Assembly: GCA_963833155.1 (NCBI GenBank)
Contig: CAWHWY010000001.1
Span: 51,328-115,327, forward strand
DNA from: an uncultured Acidobacteriaceae bacterium
Lineage (GTDB): Bacteria; Acidobacteriota; Terriglobia; Terriglobales; Acidobacteriaceae
Direction of reading: 5' to 3'
DNA length: 64,000 bases
Positions within the stretch are counted from its first letter, which is position 1; each line of letters begins with the position of its first letter. A program made the translations under genes and the position numbers. The notes under the pieces are model-generated. The model did no database searches and was not told the DNA's origin. It saw only the letters and a list, made by a program, of their open reading frames with translations. Below, piece after piece: positions 27,693-37,005 of the stretch.

Positions 27693-28694
27693 CTATTCCG
27701 AAATCATCCCGATCGTCCCCAGCCATGTCTCCACCAACTGAGGCCATCCCGTTATCGGGAACTTCGTACGCCGCAGTCCAAATGCATGCCCGCCCTGAGC
27801 ATACAGATGCATCTCCACCGGAACCCCAGCGTTTTTCAGAGCAATGTAGTAAGCCAGCGAGTCGTTTACATTGTCCACGTGGTCATCCTCTGCCTGCAGC
27901 AAAAACGTCGGCGGAGTCTGATGGGTGACAGGAAGATCAGGATTCGACCCCAGATGTTTATCGGCAGTCGCTGGATAACGAATCGCAAAGTTTTTGGTGC
28001 CTTGCTTTGCATCCCACTCCGCCGCGGACAGCGACAGATGGCCCGGATAAATAGCCACCGCGAAATCGGGGCGGCAGCTCTCTTTGTCGGCGGCATCGAC
28101 AGCCGGATACAAACGCTTCGCAAAATGCGTGCTCATCGCTGCCACCAGATGACCGCCTGACGAAAACCCAAGCACACCAATCTTGTGCGGATCAATATGC
28201 CACTCCGCCGCGTGAAAGCGCACCAGCCCCACCGTCCTCTGCGCATCTTCCAACGCCATCGGTGATTCCGGATACGGCCCTGATTTCGGATACGCCCCCA
28301 CATCCGTCACGCGGTATTTCAGTAGCACACACGTGATCCCCTTGGGCGTCAGCCAATCACAGACCTCCGTGCCTTCAAGATCGATGGCCAGACCCTGATA
28401 GCCCCCTCCAGGGAAGACGACGACCGCCGCGCCCGTATTGTTTCCCTTAGGCGGATAGACCGTCATCGTAGGCCGCGTAACGTTGCTCACCCCAGTCGCC
28501 GGCCTGCCGGTACCCATCCACGGCTTCGCCGTCGTCTCAGCGAACTCCGGCCCCGCAACCGGCTGGGGATCAGGCACTCTCCCCGGCCATATCGGCACTT
28601 GCGTATGTCCGGGCGATGGCTGCCATACAGGCTTCTGCGCGCTCAGACCGCCAAACGCAAACACAACACCGAGAGCAACAAGCAAAGGCTTCAT
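27693..28694 (-). CDS. Secreted alpha/beta-hydrolase (esterase/lipase-type)
   Basis: ATG 28694 gives signal MKPLLVALGVVFAFGGLSAQ. Motifs: oxyanion VVVFPGGGY, nucleophile elbow GFSSGGH, DDH and GGHAF. Confidence 0.8.
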   Translation of the reverse strand: MKPLLVALGVVFAFGGLSAQKPVWQPSPGHTQVPIWPGRVPDPQPVAGPEFAETTAKPWMGTGRPATGVSNVTRPTMTVYPPKGNNTGAAVVVFPGGGYQGLAIDLEGTEVCDWLTPKGITCVLLKYRVTDVGAYPKSGPYPESPMALEDAQRTVGLVRFHAAEWHIDPHKIGVLGFSSGGHLVAAMSTHFAKRLYPAVDAADKESCRPDFAVAIYPGHLSLSAAEWDAKQGTKNFAIRYPATADKHLGSNPDLPVTHQTPPTFLLQAEDDHVDNVNDSLAYYIALKNAGVPVEMHLYAQGGHAFGLRRTKFPITGWPQLVETWLGTIGMISE

Positions 28695-28842
28695 CACAAT
28701 CCTCAGAGCAAAACAGGCGTCGTCGTGCTTCTGCACAACCGGCGAGGATAGCCGATCAACTCCCAATGTCCCGCCATCGTGCATGTGGAGTCCCACAGAG
28801 AACTTTTCCCGCAGCCCGCACCTGTGATCTGGAACCACCTGC

Positions 28843-30558
28843 TCAGGTGGTGAACAGTTGGTTCTTCAGGAATGGGTTGAAAAACAGGTTCTGCGAGTCG
28901 TACTTCGCCAGCGTGTCGACCTCCCAGGCCCAGTTGTCGTCAGCCGCCCTGCCGGTGGTAAAGGTATCCTGAATCGTTTGGATGATGGTCGCGTTGGTCC
29001 ACGCTCCCCCGCTTGCGGTATAGGCCCAGCCCTTCGACCATTCCGGACAGACGCGGAAACCCTTGCCGAAGTGCGAGTAGCACCAGGATTCGAAGTCCGC
29101 ATAGAACTTGTAGGCCTGCTGCGGATCGCCATCAGGAATGACGGTGAGCACGTCAAACCAGCAGGCCACGTCCCAGCCGTTCTGCTGCACGACCGGATCG
29201 ACGCTCAGCGACGAGATCACCGGGCTCTGCGCCGTCTGCCCCGAGGGAGCTACGATCTGCGACGGATCGTCGAGCGCGGTCACGCGAATCTCCAAAGGCG
29301 AATTGATCGGCCATAGGTTGTTGCTCTGGAACTCCGCGAGCATGGAAGAGAACTGGTCGGCGAAGTCGGCTATCGCCTGCTGGACTTGGGCCTTCTTCAT
29401 CAAGATGGCGTAGCCATTGGCCGTTACCCGTAGAGTGGTGTCCTTCACGTACAGCAGAGTGTTTTTCGAGGCGCCCCAGAGGTCGGTTGCATTCTGGAAT
29501 CCGAACTGTCCCGTCAGCGCTGCCGCTGTGAAGCTGGCAAATGCACTGCTGAAGGTCGGCGTGAGCCAAGCCCACCCACTAACGATCTGCTTGAGAAGAT
29601 CGGTGACCAACACCGGCAGGTTGTCGGAGAAGGGATAGTTGTACGGCGCGTTTACCTGGGTCGACGACGCAGGTTTCTGCGCCGCCACGGTCCAGACTTT
29701 CAACCAGGGATAGCTTGTGGGGGTGATGCCGAGAATGGGGAAGGAGGGAAACCAGATCACTTCAACGCGGCCTGACTGATTCAGATAGTCGCCCACGCTT
29801 CCCGCGGGAGGGTTGCCGCCCGTCGGCTGCGCGAACAGGGTCGTGCTCGGGATGTTCATGAAGCTCTGGCAGCGGAGGTTGTAGTTTTCCGTAACCTGGA
29901 GGGTTACATCGAGCAGGAAGGCGCGACCGCAATGGGTGAGGAACGCCTTGTCATCTCCCTGCCCACGGGTGAAGGTCTGGGCGGTGTAGACGTTCGAGCC
30001 GGGCATGGTCACCACGGCGGTGAACGCCAGAATCTGGTTGCTCAAGGAGCCGTAGGGGACATTGAAGTTGTCGTTCGGGGGCGTCGGGACGGCGGTTCCG
30101 TGAGCGTTAATGGCCAGAGCGCCGCCGACGGTGATGTTGCCGGGGGCAGGGATGTGGGCGAAGCTGTAGCCTCCGGAGGAGTTCGCGTTTTCCAGCGCGG
30201 TCATCAAAGCTTCCATGGTGCAGCCGGTTTGCACCACGACCTGCGCGGGCTGGCTGCCGCTCGCCGGGGTGATGCTGACGACGTTGTTCAGCTTTTGAGT
30301 CATGTCGACCAGCAGCACGTTGGCCGGCGACTCCCCTTCGGTCACGGTCAGGGGCGACCAGGTGTGCATTATGCCGCGTGCGCGGACGGTATACCCTGCC
30401 CCCGCGGCCCAATTACACACGCTAACCACGTCGGCCTCCGTAGCGGGGACGCAGGTCCACACGTTGGGCACGATGATCATTTGCGACCAGTTCTCGAAAG
30501 TCTCCTGCGAGACCGGGATACCTGCGGGGAAACCACTGGGGGCGGATGCGTTGCTCAT
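28843..30558 (-). CDS. FAD-linked oxidase (PCMH/VAO fold), possibly type II cholesterol-oxidase-like
   Basis: 571 aa. N-terminal FAD-binding pattern ..VWTCVPATEADVVSVCNWAAGAGYTVRARGIMHTWSPL.. followed by a large cap domain. The substrate call is a memory-based resemblance only. Confidence 0.6.
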   Translation of the reverse strand: MSNASAPSGFPAGIPVSQETFENWSQMIIVPNVWTCVPATEADVVSVCNWAAGAGYTVRARGIMHTWSPLTVTEGESPANVLLVDMTQKLNNVVSITPASGSQPAQVVVQTGCTMEALMTALENANSSGGYSFAHIPAPGNITVGGALAINAHGTAVPTPPNDNFNVPYGSLSNQILAFTAVVTMPGSNVYTAQTFTRGQGDDKAFLTHCGRAFLLDVTLQVTENYNLRCQSFMNIPSTTLFAQPTGGNPPAGSVGDYLNQSGRVEVIWFPSFPILGITPTSYPWLKVWTVAAQKPASSTQVNAPYNYPFSDNLPVLVTDLLKQIVSGWAWLTPTFSSAFASFTAAALTGQFGFQNATDLWGASKNTLLYVKDTTLRVTANGYAILMKKAQVQQAIADFADQFSSMLAEFQSNNLWPINSPLEIRVTALDDPSQIVAPSGQTAQSPVISSLSVDPVVQQNGWDVACWFDVLTVIPDGDPQQAYKFYADFESWCYSHFGKGFRVCPEWSKGWAYTASGGAWTNATIIQTIQDTFTTGRAADDNWAWEVDTLAKYDSQNLFFNPFLKNQLFTT

Positions 30559-30943
30559 CTTGTTCTCTCCTTTTGCGCTGGCTGGGGTTGAGTTAAGCCC
30601 ACGGAATGGGCCGGTTCACCGCTGGTTCGAAGGCGGTCCAGAGAACGACCACCGAATCGGCGCATGAAGCCGAATAAAACTACGGTCCTGATCTCCCCTG
30701 CGGAACAATCCCACCAGTCCTAGTTTCGCCGGAGATTCTCTAAGCAACCCAGAGAGAGACAAAAACAGAGAGACAGGAGACAGTTGAGGTTCGTTGGCGT
30801 CAGATTACCATCTTGTGGTTCACAACTGCGATCGCTGAACTATACACTTTCAGGAATTTCAGCGCAATTTTTTGCCTGTATCCAAGGGTCTGTGTTCTGT
30901 GTGAGGACTGCGCCGTACCTGATTCAAAACAAAAGCGGGGAAC

Positions 30944-30970
30944 TGGCGGAAGGAGAGGGATTCGGATTCC
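30944..30970. repeat. Degenerate third copy of the tRNA-Ser 3' end (old att remnant)
   Basis: TGGCGGAAGGAGAGGGATTCGGATTCC matches TGGCGGAGGGAGAGGGATTCGAACCCC (33121 and 48304 copies) at 23/27, in the same orientation. Confidence 0.5.
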
Positions 30971-31184
30971 AAGCAGGCATTGATAACAGGCAAGTTATTG
31001 AATTGTAAGGTTGCCCAAAACGCTGAAAGCTCAAAATTGGGCGAATCGTTGCACGTATATTGTACGCAGCGCCAATCTTTCTCCTCCTCCGGTGATTTCT
31101 CCGTACTGTAACGGCAATAACTTCTCTTGTTCCCCTTCCTGAATCGTCAACCAACCGATATTCTTCTCGTTATAATCTCGCTAG

Positions 31185-31580
31185 ATGCGTGTTCACCTGC
31201 TTCCTCGCGACATCCGAGAAGTCTACCAAGTCGAGGAACGCCATCACGCCTGTTCGATTCTCAAGACTGATTTCCCCGCACAATGGAAAGATCTGATTGA
31301 CGTTTTGCGCGACTTTAAGCTGCGGAAGAGCTACATTGCCCAGAAGGGCGGCAACAAATCGCCAATTTCGAGAGCTATAGACGGCCTGTTCTTTGAACGC
31401 GGTTGGATAGAAAAGAGTTTTGACATCAGGGTGACTGCTGACGGAGTGCAGACGCTTGCCCCTACCCATCACGTCGATTACTACAAGGGCCGAATAGCTG
31501 TCGAGACCGAATGGAACAACAAAGACCTTCACGGTACGACTAACGCGGCACCTCGTAATTTCCCGGGCTTGCGAACCTGA
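31185..31580 (+). pseudogene. C-terminally truncated BglII/BstYI/BamHI-superfamily-like type II restriction endonuclease
   Basis: ..GGNKSPISRAIDGLFFERGWIEKSF..HHVDYYKGRIAVETEWNNKD has a D-x8-E-x-E core with the spacing of BglII-type enzymes. Similarity stops at about 31526, 14 nt before the convergent DpnI-like stop. The remaining 17 codons look like read-through. Confidence 0.5.
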
Positions 31581-32307
31581 CAAGGCCCAAATCGCGCAGC
31601 ACTTGTAGCTGCTGGCGTATCTTCGGTCGCACATTTTGATTGCGCGGATGGAGACGCTGAAGGTAGGGTTCAAGCTGATAGAGCTCCTGAAGCGAGAAGC
31701 GGGTTTTTCCCAGCGTACGTACGGCACCAAGCACATCGAGCGTCCAACCCCTTATCGCTGGCGGCACATCAGCCAGCTTCCGAACACGCGAGAATTCCTG
31801 TCGGACTTGCTTTTCCGCGACAATCGAACCATCTGACACGACCGCTATCCTACCGTCCTGAGGGATTCGATCCAGGAGAATGTTGCATCCTACCCACCCG
31901 GCCCGGCGCGCAGTGGGGCTCAGCGGAGCTCGCTTCTCAATAACCGTTTCCGAAAAGAAAACGTGGGGGACTAAGACCAGGTTTCTAACCAGCCAGTCAG
32001 AGGAGTACTGCAAGATCAACAAGTTAGGAACCTTGTCTGATCGTATCGCGCGGATCATTGAGTTGTACGCAGCATCCACGATCTTCCTTTGCCCCCAAGT
32101 CTTAAGGCTCTTCAGCTGGAAGCATTGGTCACACTGAGGGCAGACAAGGTCAAGGGCGGGAGTATTCGCTCTTGAGGGCAAAAGGCAATCGGAACTGCAG
32201 GCAGCACAATACAGCTCCCGCGCGCACCAGTCTTCGCCAAGCACACGAGCGATTTGGGAGGCAGCTTTGTAGGGACGGCCCAGCTCAACCCTGCACTGCA
32301 GGTTCAT
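31540..32307 (-). CDS. DpnI-family methyl-directed (GmATC) restriction endonuclease
   Basis: Collinear with my memory of pneumococcal DpnI: ..QIARVLGEDWCARELYCAACS..CPQCDQCFQLKS (Cys4), PLSPTARRAGWVGCNILL, and C-terminal winged helix ..RGWTLDVL..FSLQELY..IRQQLQVLRDLGLV. ATG 32307 (GTG 32322 in the track). Confidence 0.85.
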   Translation of the reverse strand: MNLQCRVELGRPYKAASQIARVLGEDWCARELYCAACSSDCLLPSRANTPALDLVCPQCDQCFQLKSLKTWGQRKIVDAAYNSMIRAIRSDKVPNLLILQYSSDWLVRNLVLVPHVFFSETVIEKRAPLSPTARRAGWVGCNILLDRIPQDGRIAVVSDGSIVAEKQVRQEFSRVRKLADVPPAIRGWTLDVLGAVRTLGKTRFSLQELYQLEPYLQRLHPRNQNVRPKIRQQLQVLRDLGLVRFASPGNYEVPR

Positions 32308-32318
32308 CGGCGCGCCCC

Positions 32319-32495
32319 TCACCGAGGCTCATACAGGCCGTTCTTGGTGCAGTACTCTCTGGCTTCATCTGATGGAAAGCTATCCCCTGCTTCGATGTTG
32401 TCGAAGTCGATTATCTCCACCGCGACACCCGTGGGCACGGTATCCTCGATCACATACGCGCATCCACCAGACACTGTAACAAATATCTTGCGCAT
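32319..32495 (-). CDS. 58-aa hypothetical protein translationally coupled upstream of the DpnI-like gene
   Basis: ATG 32495 lies 7 nt after GGAGAA. Peptide MRKIFVTVSGGCAYVIEDTVPTGVAVEIIDFDNIEAGDSFPSDEAREYCTKNGLYEPR. Its TGA overlaps the GTG 32322 of the endonuclease ORF (GTGA). Confidence 0.55.
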   Translation of the reverse strand: MRKIFVTVSGGCAYVIEDTVPTGVAVEIIDFDNIEAGDSFPSDEAREYCTKNGLYEPR

Positions 32496-32595
32496 CGCTG
32501 ATTCTCCGCTGATCACGACTGCTGCGCAGAAGGATATCACGCTAAAATCGCGTGCAATTGCAGTCAGAATTTCCTCAGCTGGACCCCCTCGTGCC

Positions 32596-33018
32596 ATGGA
32601 GGCGTGGGGCTTTGAATACAAGACGAATATTGTTTGGCTCAAAGTGAGAAGAGACGGCGGTCCCGACGGTCGCGGCGTGGGTTTTTATTATCGAAACGTT
32701 ACAGAACTCGTTCTCTTTGGAACGCGAGGTCATTTGAGAACTGCCCAAGCCGGGCGCAGGATGGTGAACTTCATTGCCACGATGAAAGAACGCCATTCCA
32801 AGAAACCCGACGAGCTCTATGACATGATCGAACATTGCAGCCCAGCGCCCTATCTCGAACTCTTCGCCCGAGGAACACGTAGAGGCTGGACGCAGTGGGG
32901 CGACGAAATCCCACCAAACGAAGATCCCGAGATCTCGAAAGCGAAAGTCTCGCCCCGTCCGATGGAAGACGGCATGATCAGACCCTATCGTATGCCCCAG
33001 TTGCCACTCCTCCCGTAG
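32596..33018 (+). pseudogene. N-terminally truncated MT-A70-family N6-adenine DNA methyltransferase
   Basis: MEAWGFEYKTNIVWLK..GVGFYYRNVTELVLFGTRG..HSKKPDELYDMIEHCSPAPYLELFARGTRRGWTQWGDE matches the C-terminal two thirds of MT-A70 enzymes. I found no DPPW/DPPY motif in any frame upstream (checked 32400-32595). Confidence 0.7.
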
Positions 33019-33120
33019 AAATAGGATCTTGGCGGCGGCCGATTTTACGTGTATTGCACATAGGAGCACGAACGGACAGCGTAACGCATTGGTTGCGCTT
33101 GAGTTGGATGCGTAGAGATA

Positions 33121-33178
33121 TGGCGGAGGGAGAGGGATTCGAACCCCCGATACCCTTTCAGGTATAGCGGTTTTCAAG
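33121..33178 (-). repeat. attR: 58-bp duplicate of the 3' part of tRNA-Ser(UGA)
   Basis: Identical to 48304-48361 except one position (A at 33150 versus G at 48333). It runs from CCA to the anticodon loop, then diverges. Confidence 0.85.
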
Positions 33179-33599
33179 TTCTCTACCTAGAGATGCTGCC
33201 CAGCAATCCCAATCACTTAGCAGTTGTACACCCGCACGAAATAGCATCACATGCGACCTCAGTAGTCAGTTACAGGACACCTTACGGGACAGGTGGGTAT
33301 TCCGGTGAAGGTGAACATCGATTCCGGAGGCAAGCCGAACGGCATTCCGGAGCGAAGGTGAACAGCAGTCGGAGCGAAGCGACGCTGACACGGTGATTGT
33401 GGAGCAAGTGTTCGGAATCGTCAAGCGAGATTGTCCGAAGCGTAGGGAAGGCAGGCTCAATCGCTCAATCCAAGAATCATCCGGAGTCGGAGATCTTTGG
33501 TCCAGTTGGCTCCGGGATTCCGGGGAAGGGTGCGCGAGGGAAGGGGCGGCGTCCCTTCCCTCGCTCAGCGCTTTAGAAGCCGGTAGCAGCGCTAGGAGG

Positions 33600-34391
33600 C
33601 TACTTGCCGGTGTTGACGTACTGGATGCAAAGGCCCTGATTGTTGAACACCGTTCCGTTAGGACGCTCGAGAAATTGCCACCCTCCGTTCTTGCACTGGT
33701 TTTTGTCGGTTGGGACTGGGTTCGCGAGCAGATAAACCTGAGCGGCCGTAAGAGCCCCGTCATAGATTTGTAATTCGTCGACGAGGCCGTAGAACTGCTG
33801 GGGTTGGGGGGAGGTTCCAATCAGGATGTCCGCTGTTTGGGTTCCGGGGGTGCCATACGGGTACCACGTAAGCACCAAATTACCGTTGATGTATCCGTTC
33901 ATGATGTTTCCGTCATAGGTCACGGCCACGTGGGTCCAGTTTCCAACCGGGCTTGGAGTAAGTGGCGCGGAATAGTTACAACCCGAACCATTGGGCGCCA
34001 CCAGGCATCCCTGCAAGTTCATGTTCACGTCGTCAAAGCTGCTGAGGTTCACCTGCCAGGAGCTTTCCGAATCGCCCAAGTTGCGTTTATCGGCGATGGC
34101 CGGATTTTGAGCGTAGGGCAGGTACGCCCAGTAGGCGACGGTGAAAGCTGGCGTCTGCAGACTGGGACTGTTTGGAATCCTGACGTAGCCTTGGCCTGCT
34201 GTGAGGTCAAGTGCCTGGCCGAACCTGCCGGGCGCATAACCCACAGTACCGGTAGCCGTCCCGTTGTTGTTGTTGCCAGACGAATCTAGCAGGTTTCCTT
34301 CGAAGCTCCACTGACCGACGAGATTCTGTGCCACGGCCAAGGGAGCCACAGAGACTAACAAAATGCTTAACACCAGTAGAAGTTTCTTCAT
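33600..34391 (-). CDS. Secreted LamG / concanavalin-A-like lectin domain protein
   Basis: Signal MKKLLLVLSILLVSVAPLAVAQ. The pattern LVGQWSFEGNLLDSSGNNNNGTATG..GQALDL..GYVRIP..FTVAYWAY..WTHVAVTYDG..NGYINGNL..DELQIYDGALTAAQV is the classic Laminin_G_3 signature. Confidence 0.85.
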   Translation of the reverse strand: MKKLLLVLSILLVSVAPLAVAQNLVGQWSFEGNLLDSSGNNNNGTATGTVGYAPGRFGQALDLTAGQGYVRIPNSPSLQTPAFTVAYWAYLPYAQNPAIADKRNLGDSESSWQVNLSSFDDVNMNLQGCLVAPNGSGCNYSAPLTPSPVGNWTHVAVTYDGNIMNGYINGNLVLTWYPYGTPGTQTADILIGTSPQPQQFYGLVDELQIYDGALTAAQVYLLANPVPTDKNQCKNGGWQFLERPNGTVFNNQGLCIQYVNTGK

Positions 34392-34705
34392 GCCATCCTC
34401 ACTTTTCTGTAGGTTAGGGCTGGGAGAGTTCGCAGATTCGACTCTCGCCGCGGGGTGAGCTTCAGAACAATCCGAAATCGCGATGCCTGCGTGGCATCGG
34501 TCATGAGATCAAATCGGATCGCAGAAATTACTTGTACCTTGTGCTATAAAGCTGGGCGATTGGGCCAACCATAAGAAAGGACATAGAGGGAAGACGTATG
34601 GTGTAGGCGCAATAGGGCGACTCTAAGCTTCATATTGCCGAACGTCAAGGAGATTCGGGGCTATCGTGAAATCGCCATCTCGCACTCAAAGATGTTGACT
34701 TTGGT

Positions 34706-35461
34706 TCATTCCTTCTTCTCGTCCTGCGGCGGATTGCGTTTCTTGCGCATGGACTCTCCGCGCATCTCGATGCGATGAGCGTTGTGCACCAGACGGTCGA
34801 GGATGCCGTCAGCGATGGTGGGATCGCCGATCTGCTCGTGCCAGCGCGAGATCGGCAACTGGGAAGTGAGGATGGTGGAACGAGTCTGGTAGCGATCTTC
34901 GCAGATCTCCCAGACTTCGCGGCGCTCGTTTTCATTCAGCGGCGCCATGGCCCAGTCATCAATGACCAGAACATCGATACGGCCCAGTCGAGCCAGGAAG
35001 TGACGCAAGCTTCCATCGGCCCGTGCCAGGGCCAGTTCGCGCAGCAAGGCGGCAGCCCGCAAATAGAGAGCCGAGTAGCCGTCGCGACAGGCTTTCTGTG
35101 CCAGGGCCGATGCGATGAAGCTCTTGCCCACGCCGGTCGGACCCAACACGAAAATGTTTTCGTGGTTGCGGACCCAGGCCGAGTCTTTTGCCAGAGCACG
35201 CACTACCGTCTTGTCCAGGCCACGCGCCGTGCGATAGTCGATGTCCTCCACACAGGCCGGTCCTCGCAGCTTGGCCGCTTTCAGTCTTCGCGCCAGCGCC
35301 TGGTTCTCGCGCCAACTCCATTGTTGATCGACCAGCAGCGCGAGTCGTTCGAGGAAACTCAGCTCGTTGATCGCTCGATCTTGCTCCTGCGTCTTCAGGG
35401 CCTCGACCATGCCCTGCAGCCGCATGGCCAGCAGTTTTTCCATCATCGGTTGGTTCAGCAT
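34706..35461 (-). CDS. istB: IS21-family helper ATPase IstB
   Basis: MLNQPMMEKLLAMRLQGM.., Walker A GPTGVGKS, Walker B VLVIDDW. Overlaps the istA stop. Confidence 0.95.
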   Translation of the reverse strand: MLNQPMMEKLLAMRLQGMVEALKTQEQDRAINELSFLERLALLVDQQWSWRENQALARRLKAAKLRGPACVEDIDYRTARGLDKTVVRALAKDSAWVRNHENIFVLGPTGVGKSFIASALAQKACRDGYSALYLRAAALLRELALARADGSLRHFLARLGRIDVLVIDDWAMAPLNENERREVWEICEDRYQTRSTILTSQLPISRWHEQIGDPTIADGILDRLVHNAHRIEMRGESMRKKRNPPQDEKKE

Positions 35462-37005
35462 GAGGTCGGTCCCCCTTGGTCGAAGTACTCGGCGCCGCGG
35501 ACATTGTCATGGGTCAGGGGTGGAGAGCCGGGTTGTGGTGGAGATAAGGGAACCGCGTCGAGCGAGTTCTTCAAGATCGACTTCACGCTCTGATAGCGAC
35601 AAGCCTGGGCGAGGAGTGCCCGTTCCGCCGCGGCTTCCATGCGTTGCCGGGAGTACTGCTGCGCCAGGCGAATGATGCCGAGACAGGAGCGGTAGCCCAT
35701 CTCCGGGTGCGGCTTCTCGTTCAGGATTCGCTCGAACAACTGGGCCGTGTTGGGACCGATGCTGCGTGCCCAGTTCACCATCCGCGATGGCGGCCATTCC
35801 AGATGGGCTTGATGACTCTTGGGGCGGTGCTCGTTCTGGGTGATGGCTTGACCGCGCCTGCGACTGCGCAGGTGGGAAGCGATCCGGTTGCCCTTGTGAA
35901 AGATCTCCACCGTGGTCGGCGTGGAGCGGACTTCCACGACCTGCTGCACCAGAGTGTACGGCACACTGTAAAAGTTCCCATCGAAGGCAATGTGGTAATC
36001 GATGTTGACGGTGGCACGCGACCACTGGCTCATGTCGAAGCGCTCGGCCGGTAACGCTGCCAGAGCCGGTTTCTCCAGGCTGTGAAACAGACTCGACCGC
36101 GATCCGTCCCGCTTGCGGAAAGGACGCTCATTCAGTCGCACCAGCAGCTCGCGGATCGCCTGGTTGAGTTCCGGCAGGCTGAAGAACTTCCGGTTTCGCA
36201 GCGCCGCCACGATCCAGCGTTCGCATACTTGCACTCCGCTTTCGGCCTTGGCCTTGTCCCGTGGCTTGTACGGACGTGCGGGCACGACTCCCATCCCGTA
36301 ATGCACCGCGAACTCTTGATAGGTGGGATTCAGGTCTGGATCGTAGCGGCAGGCTCGGGTGACGGCCGTCTTGGTGTTATCGGGTACTACCAGAATCGGC
36401 ACCCCGCCGAAAAACTCCAGCGCGTGGATGTGCGCCTGAATCCAGGCTTCCAGCTGCTGATCCCGAGTCGCTTCTGCGTAGGTGTAGGAACTGGCGCCCA
36501 GCACAGAAACAAACAGCGATGCTGGCCAGGCTTGCCCCGTCGTGGCGTCATACACGGGGATCGTTGCCCCCGCCCAGTCCACGAACATCTTTTCCCCGGC
36601 TTTGTGTTCCTGACGCAGCACCACATCCAGGTGCCGCCGCCAGTGCTGATAGCGCTCGCAAAACCAACTGTAGCGATACCCCTCGGGATTCGCTTGCCGG
36701 TATTCTTCCCACACCAACTGCAGGGTCAGATGACGATGTTGTTGCAGTTGCTGATGGATGGTATTCCAATCCGGTTGTGACCGCTGTCGCACCGCTCCGG
36801 CCTGCACGGGCTGGTTGCCAAACAGCTTGGCTTCCAGTTCTTCTTCGCCCAAGCCTTCCGGCAACGGCCAACCGATCCCGGCTGCCACCGCCCGTTCCAG
36901 ATACTCGTGGACCGTACCCAGCCCCATTCCGCAACTGCGTGCGATCTGGCGCTGCCCCAACCCCAACTCGAACCTCAACCGCAGGACCTCTTTGACTTTC
37001 CGCAT
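35455..37005 (-). CDS. istA: IS21-family transposase IstA
   Basis: ATG 37005 gives MRKVKEVLRLRFELGLGQRQIARSCGMGLGTVHEYL (HTH), followed by the DDE core ..FVDWAG..VPDNTK... The tracked ORF extends upstream to 37167. Confidence 0.95.
   Translation of the reverse strand: MRKVKEVLRLRFELGLGQRQIARSCGMGLGTVHEYLERAVAAGIGWPLPEGLGEEELEAKLFGNQPVQAGAVRQRSQPDWNTIHQQLQQHRHLTLQLVWEEYRQANPEGYRYSWFCERYQHWRRHLDVVLRQEHKAGEKMFVDWAGATIPVYDATTGQAWPASLFVSVLGASSYTYAEATRDQQLEAWIQAHIHALEFFGGVPILVVPDNTKTAVTRACRYDPDLNPTYQEFAVHYGMGVVPARPYKPRDKAKAESGVQVCERWIVAALRNRKFFSLPELNQAIRELLVRLNERPFRKRDGSRSSLFHSLEKPALAALPAERFDMSQWSRATVNIDYHIAFDGNFYSVPYTLVQQVVEVRSTPTTVEIFHKGNRIASHLRSRRRGQAITQNEHRPKSHQAHLEWPPSRMVNWARSIGPNTAQLFERILNEKPHPEMGYRSCLGIIRLAQQYSRQRMEAAAERALLAQACRYQSVKSILKNSLDAVPLSPPQPGSPPLTHDNVRGAEYFDQGGPTSC

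Noticed and set aside
24300-27700. Possible CRISPR array suggested by recurring palindromic units
   Set aside because: The units are composite REP hairpins of variable spacing and orientation. Some flank a Y1 transposase. There are no uniform repeat/spacer periodicity and no cas genes.
32254-33018. Full 254-aa ORF as an intact methyltransferase
   Set aside because: The first ~114 codons lie antisense to the 58-aa ORF and the DpnI start, and contain no MT-A70 N-terminal motif (no DPPW in any frame). Only 32596-33018 is homologous.
33121-33178. A second tRNA-Ser gene
   Set aside because: Only the 3' 58 nt are present. The sequence diverges in the anticodon loop and there is no 5' acceptor or D arm, so it is an att duplicate.
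34775-36780. Plus-strand ORFs of 272 and 232 aa
   Set aside because: They lie antisense to istB and istA of the IS21 element and have shadow composition.
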